Source: Blastocystis sp. Blastoise
Taxonomy: Eukaryota; Protista; Bigyra: Opalinata
Length of the DNA: 64,000 nt
Assembly (NCBI GenBank): GCA_039096225.1
Contig: JBBPEB010000030.1
Coordinates: 1,057,102-1,121,101, forward strand
Reading direction: 5' to 3'
The notes below the pieces were generated by a model. That model was given only the letters and a program-made list of their open reading frames with translations. It did no database searches and was not told the DNA's origin. This document shows, in pieces, positions 14,074 to 29,049 of this stretch. Numbering within the stretch: the stretch's first letter is position 1; every line of letters starts with the position of its first letter. A program made the translations under genes and the position numbers.

Positions 14074-14468
14074 TGGTTTAGGGTTAGGATTTAAAATGAA
14101 TATAAAATAATTTAGGGTTTAGGGTTTAGGGTTAGGGTTAGGTTTAATATAAAATAATGGTTTTAGATTTAATATAAAAAAATAATAGATTAGGGTTAAA
14201 TTGAATATTAAAATAATAGATTAGGGTTAATATAAAATAATTTTTAGGTTAGGGTTAGATTTTTAATATAAAAATAAATAAATAAATAAAATAAATAAAT
14301 AAAAAAAAATTTGAATAAATGAATAAAAAGAATAATAATAATAATAAATAGAATAATAAATAGAATAATAATAATAAATAGAATAATAGAATATAATAAT
14401 AATAGAATAATAATAGAATAAAATAATAATAGAATAGAATAATAATAAAATAATAATAAATAAATCTT

Positions 14469-14587
14469 GAGAACGGCCATATCAAGTGGACAACGCCCTA
14501 ACCCGTCTGATCTAGGAAGCTAAGCCACTTCGAGCTAGGATAGTAGCGGTGTGGGGGACTCGCCGTGAAGTCCTAGTGCTGTTCTTT
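14469..14587 (+). rRNA. 5S rRNA (copy 15)
   Basis: Matches copy 1. Confidence 0.97.
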
Positions 14588-14821
14588 TTTTTTTTTTTTT
14601 TTATTTATTATTTATTTTTTTATTTATTATTCTTTTTATTATTAATATTTTTAATTATTTATATATAACATTTTATTTATATTATTATTATTATTATTAT
14701 TATTATAAAAATTATAAAAAAAATTTTATATTATTTTTTATTATTAAATTTTTGTAAACATATTATTTATATTATAAATAATAATAATAAAATAATATTT
14801 GATAAAATAAAATAATTTTAA

Positions 14822-14873
<52 letters not shown>

Positions 14874-15268
14874 TGGTTTAGGGTTAGGATTTAAAATGAA
14901 TATAAAATAATTTAGGGTTTAGGGTTTAGGGTTAGGGTTAGGTTTAATATAAAATAATGGTTTTAGATTTAATATAAAAAAATAATAGATTAGGGTTAAA
15001 TTGAATATTAAAATAATAGATTAGGGTTAATATAAAATAATTTTTAGGTTAGGGTTAGATTTTTAATATAAAAATAAATAAATAAATAAAATAAATAAAT
15101 AAAAAAAAATTTGAATAAATGAATAAAAAGAATAATAATAATAATAAATAGAATAATAAATAGAATAATAATAATAAATAGAATAATAGAATATAATAAT
15201 AATAGAATAATAATAGAATAAAATAATAATAGAATAGAATAATAATAAAATAATAATAAATAAATCTT

Positions 15269-15387
15269 GAGAACGGCCATATCAAGTGGACAACGCCCTA
15301 ACCCGTCTGATCTAGGAAGCTAAGCCACTTCGAGCTAGGATAGTAGCGGTGTGGGGGACTCGCCGTGAAGTCCTAGTGCTGTTCTTT
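15269..15387 (+). rRNA. 5S rRNA (copy 16)
   Basis: Matches copy 1. Confidence 0.97.
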
Positions 15388-15616
15388 TTTTTTTATTTTT
15401 TTTATTTATTATTTATTTTTTTATTTATTATTCTTTTTATTATTAATATTTTTAATTATTTATATATAACATTTTATTTATATTATTATTATTATTATTA
15501 TTATTATAAAAATTATAAAAAAAAATTTTATATTATTTTTTATTATTAAATTTTTGTAAACATATTATTTATATTATAAATAATAATAATAAAATAATAT
15601 TTGATAAAATAAAATA

Positions 15617-15671
<55 letters not shown>

Positions 15672-16066
15672 TGGTTTAGGGTTAGGATTTAAAATGAATA
15701 TAAAATAATTTAGGGTTTAGGGTTTAGGGTTAGGGTTAGGTTTAATATAAAATAATGGTTTTAGATTTAATATAAAAAAATAATAGATTAGGGTTAAATT
15801 GAATATTAAAATAATAGATTAGGGTTAATATAAAATAATTTTTAGGTTAGGGTTAGATTTTTAATATAAAAATAAATAAATAAATAAAATAAATAAATAA
15901 AAAAAAATTTGAATAAATGAATAAAAAGAATAATAATAATAATAAATAGAATAATAAATAGAATAATAATAATAAATAGAATAATAGAATATAATAATAA
16001 TAGAATAATAATAGAATAAAATAATAATAGAATAGAATAATAATAAAATAATAATAAATAAATCTT

Positions 16067-16185
16067 GAGAACGGCCATATCAAGTGGACAACGCCCTAAC
16101 CCGTCTGATCTAGGAAGCTAAGCCACTTCGAGCTAGGATAGTAGCGGTGTGGGGGACTCGCCGTGAAGTCCTAGTGCTGTTCTTT
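16067..16185 (+). rRNA. 5S rRNA (copy 17)
   Basis: Matches copy 1. Confidence 0.97.
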
Positions 16186-16415
16186 TTTTTTTTATTTTTA
16201 TTTATTTTATTTATTTTTTTATTTATTATTCTTTTTATTATTAATATTTTTAATTATTTATATATAACATTTTATTTATATTATTATTATTATTATTATT
16301 ATTATAAAAATTATAAAAAAAAATTTTATATTATTTTTTATTATTAAATTTTTGTAAACATATTATTTATATTATAAATAATAATAATAAAATAATATTT
16401 GATAAAATAAAATAA

Positions 16416-16465
<50 letters not shown>

Positions 16466-16860
16466 TGGTTTAGGGTTAGGATTTAAAATGAATATAAAAT
16501 AATTTAGGGTTTAGGGTTTAGGGTTAGGGTTAGGTTTAATATAAAATAATGGTTTTAGATTTAATATAAAAAAATAATAGATTAGGGTTAAATTGAATAT
16601 TAAAATAATAGATTAGGGTTAATATAAAATAATTTTTAGGTTAGGGTTAGATTTTTAATATAAAAATAAATAAATAAATAAAATAAATAAATAAAAAAAA
16701 ATTTGAATAAATGAATAAAAAGAATAATAATAATAATAAATAGAATAATAAATAGAATAATAATAATAAATAGAATAATAGAATATAATAATAATAGAAT
16801 AATAATAGAATAAAATAATAATAGAATAGAATAATAATAAAATAATAATAAATAAATCTT

Positions 16861-16979
16861 GAGAACGGCCATATCAAGTGGACAACGCCCTAACCCGTCT
16901 GATCTAGGAAGCTAAGCCACTTCGAGCTAGGATAGTAGCGGTGTGGGGGACTCGCCGTGAAGTCCTAGTGCTGTTCTTT
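16861..16979 (+). rRNA. 5S rRNA (copy 18)
   Basis: Matches copy 1. Confidence 0.97.
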
Positions 16980-17216
16980 TTTTTTTATTTTTTTTTATTT
17001 ATTATTTATTTTTTTATTTATTATTTTTTTTATTATTAATATTTTTAATTATTTATATATAACATTTTATTTATATTATTATTATTTTTATTATTATTAT
17101 TATAAAAATTATAAAAAAAAATTTTATATTATTTTTTATTATTAAATTTTTGTAAACATATTATTTATATTATAAATAATAATAATAAAATAATATTTGA
17201 TAAAATAAAATAATTT

Positions 17217-17265
<49 letters not shown>

Positions 17266-17662
17266 TGGTTTAGGGTTAGGATTTAAAATGAATATAAAAT
17301 AATTTAGGGTTTAGGGTTTAGGGTTAGGGTTAGGTTTAATATAAAATAATGGTTTTAGATTTAATATAAAAAAATAATAGATTAGGGTTAAATTGAATAT
17401 TAAAATAATAGATTAGGGTTAATATAAAATAATTTTTAGGTTAGGGTTAGATTTTTAATATAAAAATAAATAAATAAATAAAATAAATAAAATAAAAAAA
17501 AAATTTGAATAAATGAATAAAAAGAATAATAATAATAATAAATAGAATAATAAATAGAATAATAATAATAAATAGAATAATAGAATATAATAATAATAGA
17601 ATAATAATAGAATAAAATAATAATAGAATAGAATAATAATAAAATAATAATAAATAAATCTT

Positions 17663-17781
17663 GAGAACGGCCATATCAAGTGGACAACGCCCTAACCCGT
17701 CTGATCTAGGAAGCTAAGCCACTTCGAGCTAGGATAGTAGCGGTGTGGGGGACTCGCCGTGAAGTCCTAGTGCTGTTCTTT
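17663..17781 (+). rRNA. 5S rRNA (copy 19)
   Basis: Matches copy 1. Confidence 0.97.
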
Positions 17782-18013
17782 TTTTTTTTTTATTTTTATT
17801 TATTTTATTTATTTTTTTATTTATTATTCTTTTTATTATTAATATTTTTAATTATTTATATATAACATTTTATTTTTATTATTATTTTTATTATTATTAT
17901 TATAAAAATTATAAAAAAAAATTTTATATTATTTTTTATTATTAAATTTTTGTAAACATATTATTTATATTATAAATAATAATAATAAAATAATATTTGA
18001 TAAAATAAAATAA

Positions 18014-18065
<52 letters not shown>

Positions 18066-18463
18066 TGGTTTAGGGTTAGGATTTAAAATGAATATAAAAT
18101 AATTTAGGGTTTAGGGTTTAGGGTTAGGGTTAGGTTTAATATAAAATAATGGTTTTAGATTTAATATAAAAAAATAATAGATTAGGGTTAAATTGAATAT
18201 TAAAATAATAGATTAGGGTTAATATAAAATAATTTTTAGGTTAGGGTTAGATTTTTAATATAAAAATAAATAAATAAATAAAATAAATAAAAATAAAAAA
18301 AAAATTTGAATAAATGAATAAAAAGAATAATAATAATAATAAATAGAATAATAAATAGAATAATAATAATAAATAGAATAATAGAATATAATAATAATAG
18401 AATAATAATAGAATAAAATAATAATAGAATAGAATAATAATAAAATAATAATAAATAAATCTT

Positions 18464-18582
18464 GAGAACGGCCATATCAAGTGGACAACGCCCTAACCCG
18501 TCTGATCTAGGAAGCTAAGCCACTTCGAGCTAGGATAGTAGCGGTGTGGGGGACTCGCCGTGAAGTCCTAGTGCTGTTCTTT
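18464..18582 (+). rRNA. 5S rRNA (copy 20)
   Basis: Matches copy 1. Confidence 0.97.
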
Positions 18583-18808
18583 TTTTTTTATTTTTTATTT
18601 ATTTATTATTTATTTGTATTTATTATTCTTTTTATTATTAATATTTTTAATTATTTATATATAACATTTTATTTATATTATTATTATTATTATTATTATA
18701 AAAATTATAAAAAAAAATTTATATTATTTTTTATTATTAAATTTTTGTAAACATATTATTTATATTATAAATAATAATAATAAAATAATATTTGATAAAA
18801 TAAAATAA

Positions 18809-18863
<55 letters not shown>

Positions 18864-19265
18864 TGGTTTAGGGTTAGTATTTAAAATGAATATAAAATAA
18901 TTTAGGGTTTAGGTTTTAGGGTTAGGGTTAGGTTTAATATAAAATAATGGTTTTAGATTTAATATAAAAAAATAATAGATTAGGGTTAAATTGAATATTA
19001 AAATAATAGATTAGGGTTAATATAAAATAATTTTTAGGTTAGGGTTAGATTTTTAATATAAAAATAAATAAATAAATAAAATAAATAAAAAAATAAAAAA
19101 AAAATTTGAATAAATGAATAAAAAGAATAATAATAATAATAAATAGAATAATAAAATAGAATAATAATAATAGAATAGAATAATAGAATATAATAATAAT
19201 AGAATAATAATAGAATAAAATAATAATAGAATAGAATAATAATAGAATAATAATAAATATATCTT

Positions 19266-19384
19266 GAGAACGGCCATATCAAGTGGACAACGCCCTAACC
19301 CGTCTGATCTAGGAAGCTAAGCCACTTCGAGCTAGGATAGTAGCGGTGTGGGGGACTCGCCGTGAAGTCCTAGTGCTGTTCTTT
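19266..19384 (+). rRNA. 5S rRNA (copy 21)
   Basis: Matches copy 1. Confidence 0.97.
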
Positions 19385-19469
19385 TTTTTTTTTTTTTTAT
19401 TTATTATTTATTTTTTTATTTATTATTCTTTTTATTATTAATATTTTTAATTATTTATATATAACATTT

Positions 19470-19508
<39 letters not shown>

Positions 19509-19624
19509 AAAATTATAAAAAAAATTTTATATTATTTTTTATTATTAAATTTTTGTAAACATATTATTTATATTATAAATAATAATAATAAAATAATATT
19601 TGATAAAATAAAATAATATTTGAT

Positions 19625-19672
<48 letters not shown>

Positions 19673-20076
19673 TGGTTTAGGGTTAGGATTTAAAATGAAT
19701 ATAAAATAATTTAGGGTTTAGGGTTTAGGGTTAGGGTTAGGTTTAATATAAAATAATGGTTTTAGATTTAATATAAAAAAATAATAGATTAGGGTTAAAT
19801 TGAATATTAAAATAATAGATTAGGGTTAATATAAAATAATTTTTAGGTTAGGGTTAGATTTTTAATATAAAAATAAATAAATAAATAAAATAAATAAAAA
19901 AATAAATAAAAAAATTTGAATAAATGAATAAAAAGAATAATAATAATAATAAATAGAATAATAATAATAGAATAATAATAATAGAATAGAATAATAGAAT
20001 AGAATAATAATAGAATAATAATAGAATAAAATAATAATAGAATAGAATAATAATAGAATAATAATAAATATATCTT

Positions 20077-20195
20077 GAGAACGGCCATATCAAGTGGACA
20101 ACGCCCTAACCCGTCTGATCTAGGAAGCTAAGCCACTTCGAGCTAGGATAGTAGCGGTGTGGGGGACTCGCCGTGAAGTCCTAGTGCTGTTCTTT
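20077..20195 (+). rRNA. 5S rRNA (copy 22)
   Basis: Matches copy 1. Confidence 0.97.
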
Positions 20196-20287
20196 TTTTT
20201 TTTTTTTATTTATTTGTATTTATTTTTTTATTTATTATTCTTTTTATTATTAATATTTTTAATTATTTATATATAACATTTTATTTA

Positions 20288-20321
<34 letters not shown>

Positions 20322-20452
20322 AAAATTATAAAAAAAAATTTTATATTATTTTTTATTATTAAATTTTTGTAAACATATTATTTATATTATAAATAATAAT
20401 AATAAAATAATATTTGATAATAATAAAATAATATTTGATAAAATATAAATAA

Positions 20453-20484
<32 letters not shown>

Positions 20485-20884
20485 AGTGGTTTAGGGTTAG
20501 GATTTAAAATGAATATAAAATAATTTAGGGTTTTAGGTTTAGGGTTAGGTTTAATATAAAATAATGGTTTTAGATTTAATATAAAAAAATAATAGATTAG
20601 TGTTAAATTGAATATTAAAATAATAGATTAGGGTTAATATAAAATAATTTTTAGGTTAGGGTTAGATTTTTAATATAAAAATAAATAAATAAATAAAATA
20701 AATAAAAAAATAAATAAAAAAATTTGAATAAATGAATAAAAAGAATAATAATAATAATAAATAGAATAATAATAATAGAATAAGAATAATAATTAGAATA
20801 ATAGAAATAATAGAATAGAATAATAATAATAAATAGAATAATAAATAGAATAGAATAATAATAGAATAATAATAAATATATCTT

Positions 20885-21003
20885 GAGAACGGCCATATCA
20901 AGTGGACAACGCCCTAACCCGTCTGATCTAGGAAGCTAAGCCACTTCGAGCTAGGATAGTAGCGGTGTGGGGGACTCGCCGTGAAGTCCTAGTGCTGTTC
21001 TTT
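20885..21003 (+). rRNA. 5S rRNA (copy 23)
   Basis: Matches copy 1. Confidence 0.97.
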
Positions 21004-21097
21004 TTTTTTTTATTTTTATTTATTTGTATTTATTTTTTTATTTATTATTCTTTTTATTATTAATATTTTTAATTATTTATATATAACATTTTATTTA

Positions 21098-21128
<31 letters not shown>

Positions 21129-21236
21129 AAAATTATAAAAAAATTTTTATATTATTTTTTATTATTAAATTTTTGTAAACATATTATTTATATTATAAAT
21201 AATAATAATAAAATAATAATAATAAAATAATATTTG

Positions 21237-21293
<57 letters not shown>

Positions 21294-21688
21294 TGGTTTA
21301 GGGTTAGGATTTAAAATGAATATAAAATAATTTAGGGTTTTAGGTTTAGGGTTAGGTTTAATATAAAATAATGGTTTTAGATTTAATATAAAAAAATAAT
21401 AGATTAGTGTTAAATTGAATATTAAAATAATAGATTAGGGTTAATATAAAATAATTTTTAGGTTAGGGTTAGATTTTTAATATAAAAATAAATAAATAAA
21501 TAAAATAAATAAAAAAATAAATAAAAAAATTTGAATAAATGAATAAAAAGAATAATAATAATAATAAATAGAATAATAATAATAAATAGAATAATATTAG
21601 AATAGAATAATAGAATAGAATAATAATAATAAATAGAATAAAATAATAATAGAATAGAATAATAATAGAATAATAATAAATATATCTT

Positions 21689-21807
21689 GAGAACGGCCAT
21701 ATCAAGTGGACAACGCCCTAACCCGTCTGATCTAGGAAGCTAAGCCACTTCGAGCTAGGATAGTAGCGGTGTGGGGGACTCGCCGTGAAGTCCTAGTGCT
21801 GTTCTTT
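21689..21807 (+). rRNA. 5S rRNA (copy 24)
   Basis: Matches copy 1. Confidence 0.97.
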
Positions 21808-21898
21808 TTTTTTTTTATTTTTATTTATTTGTATTTATTTTTTTATTTATTATTCTTTTTATTATTAATATTTTTAATTATTTATATATAACATTTTA

Positions 21899-21932
<34 letters not shown>

Positions 21933-22041
21933 AAAATTATAAAAAAAATTTTTATATTATTTTTTATTATTAAATTTTTGTAAACATATTATTTATATTA
22001 TAAATAATAATAATAAAATAATAATAATAAAATAATATTTG

Positions 22042-22094
<53 letters not shown>

Positions 22095-22487
22095 TGGTTT
22101 AGGGTTAGGATTTAAAATGAATATAAAATAATTTAGGGTTTTAGGTTCAGGGTTAGGTTTAATATAAAATAATGGTTTTAGATTTAATATAAAAAATAAT
22201 AGATTAGTGTTAAATTGAATATTAAAATAATAGATTAGGGTTAATATAAAATAATTTTTAGGTTAGGGTTAGATTTTTAATATAAAAATAAATAAATAAA
22301 TAAAATAAATAAAAAAATAAATAAAAAAATTTGAATAAATGAATAAAAAGAATAATAATAATAATAAATAGAATAATAATAATAAATAGAATAATATTAG
22401 AATAGAATAATAGAATAGAATAATAATAATAAATAGAATAAAATATAATAGAATAGAATAATAATAGAATAATAATAAATATATCTT

Positions 22488-22606
22488 GAGAACGGCCATA
22501 TCAAGTGGACAACGCCCTAACCCGTCTGATCTAGGAAGCTAAGCCACTTCGAGCTAGGATAGTAGCGGTGTGGGGGACTCGCCGTGAAGTCCTAGTGCTG
22601 TTCTTT
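22488..22606 (+). rRNA. 5S rRNA (copy 25)
   Basis: Matches copy 1. Confidence 0.97.
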
Positions 22607-22699
22607 TTTTTTTATTTTTATTTATTTGTATTTATTTTTTTATTTATTATTCTTTTTATTATTAATATTTTTAATTATTTATATATAACATTTTATTTA

Positions 22700-22730
<31 letters not shown>

Positions 22731-22853
22731 AAAATTATAAAAAAATTTTTATATTATTTTTTATTATTAAATTTTTGTAAACATATTATTTATATTATAA
22801 ATAATAATAATAAAATAATAATAATAAAATAATATTTGATAAAATAAAATATA

Positions 22854-22885
<32 letters not shown>

Positions 22886-23280
22886 AGTGGTTTAGGGTTA
22901 GGATTTAAAATGAATATAAAATAATTTAGGGTTTTAGGTTTAGGGTTAGGTTTAATATAAAATAATGGTTTTAGATTTAATATAAAAAATAATAGATTAG
23001 TGTTAAATTGAATATTAAAATAATAGATTAGGGTTAATATAAAATAATTTTTAGGTTAGGGTTAGATTTTTAATATAAAAATAAATAAATAAATAAAATA
23101 AATAAAAAAATAAATAAAAAAATTTGAATAAATGAATAAAAAGAATAATAATAATAATAAATAGAATAATAATAATAAATAGAATAATATTAGAATAGAA
23201 TAATAGAATAGAATAATAATAATAAATAGAATAAAATAAAATAGAATAGAATAATAATAGAATAATAATAAATATATCTT

Positions 23281-23399
23281 GAGAACGGCCATATCAAGTG
23301 GACAACGCCCTAACCCGTCTGATCTAGGAAGCTAAGCCACTTCGAGCTAGGATAGTAGCGGTGTGGGGGACTCGCCGTGAAGTCCTAGTGCTGTTCTTT
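23281..23399 (+). rRNA. 5S rRNA (copy 26)
   Basis: Matches copy 1. Confidence 0.97.
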
Positions 23400-23495
23400 T
23401 TTTTTTATTTTTATTTATTTGTATTTATTTTTTTATTTATTATTCTTTTTATTATTAATATTTTTAATTATTTATATATAACATTTTTTTATTTA

Positions 23496-23526
<31 letters not shown>

Positions 23527-23650
23527 AAAATTATAAAAAAAATTTTTATATTATTTTTTATTATTAAATTTTTGTAAACATATTATTTATATTATAAATA
23601 ATAATAATAAAATAATAATAATAAAATAATATTTGATAAAATAAAATATA

Positions 23651-23682
<32 letters not shown>

Positions 23683-24074
23683 AGTGGTTTAGGGTTAGGA
23701 TTTAAAATGAATATAAAATAATTTAGGGTTTTAGGTTTAGGGTTAGGTTTAATATAAAATAATGGTTTTAGATTTAATATAAAAAATAATAGATTAGTGT
23801 TAAATTGAATATTAAAATAATAGATTAGGGTTAATATAAAATAATTTTTAGGTTAGGGTTAGATTTTTAATATAAAAATAAATAAATAAATAAAATAAAT
23901 AAAAAAATAAATAAAAAAATTTGAATAAATGAATAAAAAGAATAATAATAATAATAAATAGAATAATAATAATAAATAGAATAATATTAGAATAGAATAA
24001 TAGAATAGAATAATAATAATAAATAGAATAATAAATAGAATAGAATAATAATAGAATAATAATAAATATATCTT

Positions 24075-24193
24075 GAGAACGGCCATATCAAGTGGACAAC
24101 GCCCTAACCCGTCTGATCTAGGAAGCTAAGCCACTTCGAGCTAGGATAGTAGCGGTGTGGGGGACTCGCCGTGAAGTCCTAGTGCTGTTCTTT
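24075..24193 (+). rRNA. 5S rRNA (copy 27)
   Basis: Matches copy 1. Confidence 0.97.
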
Positions 24194-24286
24194 TTTTTTT
24201 ATTTTTATTTATTTGTATTTATTTTTTTATTTATTATTCTTTTTATTATTAATATTTTTAATTATTTATATATAACATTTTATTTA

Positions 24287-24320
<34 letters not shown>

Positions 24321-24865
24321 AAAATTATAAAAAAATTTTTATATTATTTTTTATTATTAAATTTTTGTAAACATATTATTTATATTATAAATAATAATAA
24401 TAAAATAATAATAATAAAATAATATTTGATAAAATAAAATAATTTTAATTATATATATATATATATATATATTAGTGGTTTAGGGTTAGGATTTAAAATG
24501 AATATAAAATAATTTAGGGTTTTAGGTTTAGGGTTAGGTTTAATATAAAATAATGGTTTTAGATTTAATATAAAAAATAATAGATTAGTGTTAAATTGAA
24601 TATTAAAATAATAGATTAGGGTTAATATAAAATAATTTTTAGGTTAGGGTTAGATTTTTAATATAAAAATAAATAAATAAATAAAATAAATAAAAAAATA
24701 AATAAAAAAATTTGAATAAATGAATAAAAAGAATAATAATAATAATAAATAGAATAATAATAATAAATAGAATAATATTAGAATAGAATAATAGAATAGA
24801 ATAATAATAATAAATAGAATAATAAATAGAATAGAATAATAATAGAATAATAATAAATATATCTT

Positions 24866-24984
24866 GAGAACGGCCATATCAAGTGGACAACGCCCTAACC
24901 CGTCTGATCTAGGAAGCTAAGCCACTTCGAGCTAGGATAGTAGCGGTGTGGGGGACTCGCCGTGAAGTCCTAGTGCTGTTCTTT
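24866..24984 (+). rRNA. 5S rRNA (copy 28)
   Basis: Matches copy 1. Confidence 0.97.
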
Positions 24985-25077
24985 TTTTTTTATTTTTATT
25001 TATTTGTATTTATTTTTTTATTTATTATTCTTTTTATTATTAATATTTTTAATTATTTATATATAACATTTTATTTA

Positions 25078-25108
<31 letters not shown>

Positions 25109-25651
25109 AAAATTATAAAAAAATTTTTATATTATTTTTTATTATTAAATTTTTGTAAACATATTATTTATATTATAAATAATAATAATAAAATAATAAT
25201 AATAAAATAATATTTGATAAAATAAAATAATTTTAATTATATATATATATATATATATTAGTGGTTTAGGGTTAGGATTTAAAATGAATATAAAATAATT
25301 TAGGGTTTTAGGTTTAGGGTTAGGTTTAATATAAAATAATGGTTTTAGATTTAATATAAAAAATAATAGATTAGTGTTAAATTGAATATTAAAATAATAG
25401 ATTAGGGTTAATATAAAATAATTTTTAGGTTAGGGTTAGATTTTTAATATAAAAATAAATAAATAAATAAAATAAATAAAAAAATAAATAAAAAAATTTG
25501 AATAAATGAATAAAAAGAATAATAATAATAATAAATAGAATAATAATAATAAATAGAATAATATTAGAATAGAATAATAGAATAGAATAATAATAATAAA
25601 TAGAATAATAAATAGAATAGAATAATAATAGAATAATAATAAATATATCTT

Positions 25652-25770
25652 GAGAACGGCCATATCAAGTGGACAACGCCCTAACCCGTCTGATCTAGGA
25701 AGCTAAGCCACTTCGAGCTAGGATAGTAGCGGTGTGGGGGACTCGCCGTGAAGTCCTAGTGCTGTTCTTT
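25652..25770 (+). rRNA. 5S rRNA (copy 29)
   Basis: Matches copy 1. Confidence 0.97.
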
Positions 25771-25855
25771 TTTTTTTATTTTTATTTATTTGTATTTATT
25801 TTTTTATTTATTATTCTTTTTATTATTAATATTTTTAATTATTTATATATAACAT

Positions 25856-25895
<40 letters not shown>

Positions 25896-26439
25896 AAAAT
25901 TATAAAAAAATTTTTATATTATTTTTTATTATTAAATTTTTGTAAACATATTATTTATATTATAAATAATAATAATAAAATAATAATAATAAAATAATAT
26001 TTGATAAAATAAAATAATTTTAATATATATATATATATATATATATTAGTGGTTTAGGGTTAGGATTTAAAATGAATATAAAATAATTTAGGGTTTTAGG
26101 TTTAGGGTTAGGTTTAATATAAAATAATGGTTTTAGATTTAATATAAAAAATAATAGATTAGTGTTAAATTGAATATTAAAATAATAGATTAGGGTTAAT
26201 ATAAAATAATTTTTAGGTTAGGGTTAGATTTTTAATATAAAAATAAATAAATAAATAAAATAAATAAAAAAATAAATAAAAAAATTTGAATAAATGAATA
26301 AAAAGAATAATAATAATAATAAATAGAATAATAATAATAAATAGAATAATATTAGAATAGAATAATAGAATAGAATAATAATAATAAATAGAATAATAAA
26401 TAGAATAGAATAATAATAGAATAATAATAAATATATCTT

Positions 26440-26558
26440 GAGAACGGCCATATCAAGTGGACAACGCCCTAACCCGTCTGATCTAGGAAGCTAAGCCACT
26501 TCGAGCTAGGATAGTAGCGGTGTGGGGGACTCGCCGTGAAGTCCTAGTGCTGTTCTTT
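26440..26558 (+). rRNA. 5S rRNA (copy 30)
   Basis: Matches copy 1. Confidence 0.97.
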
Positions 26559-26647
26559 TTTTTTTATTTTTATTTATTTGTATTTATTTTTTTATTTATT
26601 ATTCTTTTTATTATTAATATTTTTAATTATTTATATATAACATTTTA

Positions 26648-26684
<37 letters not shown>

Positions 26685-27227
26685 AAAATTATAAAAAAAT
26701 TTTTATATTATTTTTTATTATTAAATTTTTGTAAACATATTATTTATATTATAAATAATAATAATAAAATAATAATAATAAAATAATATTTGATAAAATA
26801 AAATAATTTTAATTATATATATATATATATATATTAGTGGTTTAGGGTTAGGATTTAAAATGAATATAAAATAATTTAGGGTTTTAGGTTTAGGGTTAGG
26901 TTTAATATAAAATAATGGTTTTAGATTTAATATAAAAAATAATAGATTAGTGTTAAATTGAATATTAAAATAATAGATTAGGGTTAATATAAAATAATTT
27001 TTAGGTTAGGGTTAGATTTTTAATATAAAAATAAATAAATAAATAAAATAAATAAAAAAATAAATAAAAAAATTTGAATAAATGAATAAAAAGAATAATA
27101 ATAATAATAAATAGAATAATAATAATAAATAGAATAATATTAGAATAGAATAATAGAATAGAATAATAATAATAAATAGAATAATAAATAGAATAGAATA
27201 ATAATAGAATAATAATAAATATATCTT

Positions 27228-27346
27228 GAGAACGGCCATATCAAGTGGACAACGCCCTAACCCGTCTGATCTAGGAAGCTAAGCCACTTCGAGCTAGGAT
27301 AGTAGCGGTGTGGGGGACTCGCCGTGAAGTCCTAGTGCTGTTCTTT
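27228..27346 (+). rRNA. 5S rRNA (copy 31)
   Basis: Matches copy 1. Confidence 0.97.
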
Positions 27347-27444
27347 TTTTTTTTTTTTATTTTTATTTATTTGTATTTATTTTTTTATTTATTATTCTTT
27401 TTATTATTAATATTTTTAATTATTTATATATAACATTTTATTTA

Positions 27445-27475
<31 letters not shown>

Positions 27476-28019
27476 AAAATTATAAAAAAATTTTTATATT
27501 ATTTTTTATTATTAAATTTTTGTAAACATATTATTTATATTATAAATAATAATAATAAAATAATAATAATAAAATAATATTTGATAAAATAAAATAATTT
27601 TAATATATATATATATATATATATATTAGTGGTTTAGGGTTAGGATTTAAAATGAATATAAAATAATTTAGGGTTTTAGGTTTAGGGTTAGGTTTAATAT
27701 AAAATAATGGTTTTAGATTTAATATAAAAAATAATAGATTAGTGTTAAATTGAATATTAAAATAATAGATTAGGGTTAATATAAAATAATTTTTAGGTTA
27801 GGGTTAGATTTTTAATATAAAAATAAATAAATAAATAAAATAAATAAAAAAATAAATAAAAAAATTTGAATAAATGAATAAAAAGAATAATAATAATAAT
27901 AAATAGAATAATAATAATAAATAGAATAATATTAGAATAGAATAATAGAATAGAATAATAATAATAAATAGAATAATAAATAGAATAGAATAATAATAGA
28001 ATAATAATAAATATATCTT

Positions 28020-28138
28020 GAGAACGGCCATATCAAGTGGACAACGCCCTAACCCGTCTGATCTAGGAAGCTAAGCCACTTCGAGCTAGGATAGTAGCGG
28101 TGTGGGGGACTCGCCGTGAAGTCCTAGTGCTGTTCTTT
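28020..28138 (+). rRNA. 5S rRNA (copy 32)
   Basis: Matches copy 1. Confidence 0.97.
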
Positions 28139-28231
28139 TTTTTTTATTTTTATTTATTTGTATTTATTTTTTTATTTATTATTCTTTTTATTATTAATAT
28201 TTTTAATTATTTATATATAACATTTTATTTA

Positions 28232-28262
<31 letters not shown>

Positions 28263-28806
28263 AAAATTATAAAAAAATTTTTATATTTTTTTTTATTATT
28301 AAATTTTTGTAAACATATTATTTATATTATAAATAATAATAATAAAATAATAATAATAAAATAATATTTGATAAAATAAAATAATTTTAATATATATATA
28401 TATATATATATATTAGTGGTTTAGGGTTAGGATTTAAAATGAATATAAAATAATTTAGGGTTTTAGGTTTAGGGTTAGGTTTAATATAAAATAATGGTTT
28501 TAGATTTAATATAAAAAATAATAGATTAGTGTTAAATTGAATATTAAAATAATAGATTAGGGTTAATATAAAATAATTTTTAGGTTAGGGTTAGATTTTT
28601 AATATAAAAATAAATAAATAAATAAAATAAATAAAAAAATAAATAAAAAAATTTGAATAAATGAATAAAAAGAATAATAATAATAATAAATAGAATAATA
28701 ATAATAAATAGAATAATATTAGAATAGAATAATAGAATAGAATAATAATAATAAATAGAATAATAAATAGAATAGAATAATAATAGAATAATAATAAATA
28801 TATCTT

Positions 28807-28925
28807 GAGAACGGCCATATCAAGTGGACAACGCCCTAACCCGTCTGATCTAGGAAGCTAAGCCACTTCGAGCTAGGATAGTAGCGGTGTGGGGGACTCG
28901 CCGTGAAGTCCTAGTGCTGTTCTTT
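28807..28925 (+). rRNA. 5S rRNA (copy 33)
   Basis: Matches copy 1. Confidence 0.97.
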
Positions 28926-29018
28926 TTTTTTTATTTTTATTTATTTGTATTTATTTTTTTATTTATTATTCTTTTTATTATTAATATTTTTAATTATTTA
29001 TATATAACATTTTATTTA

Positions 29019-29049
<31 letters not shown>

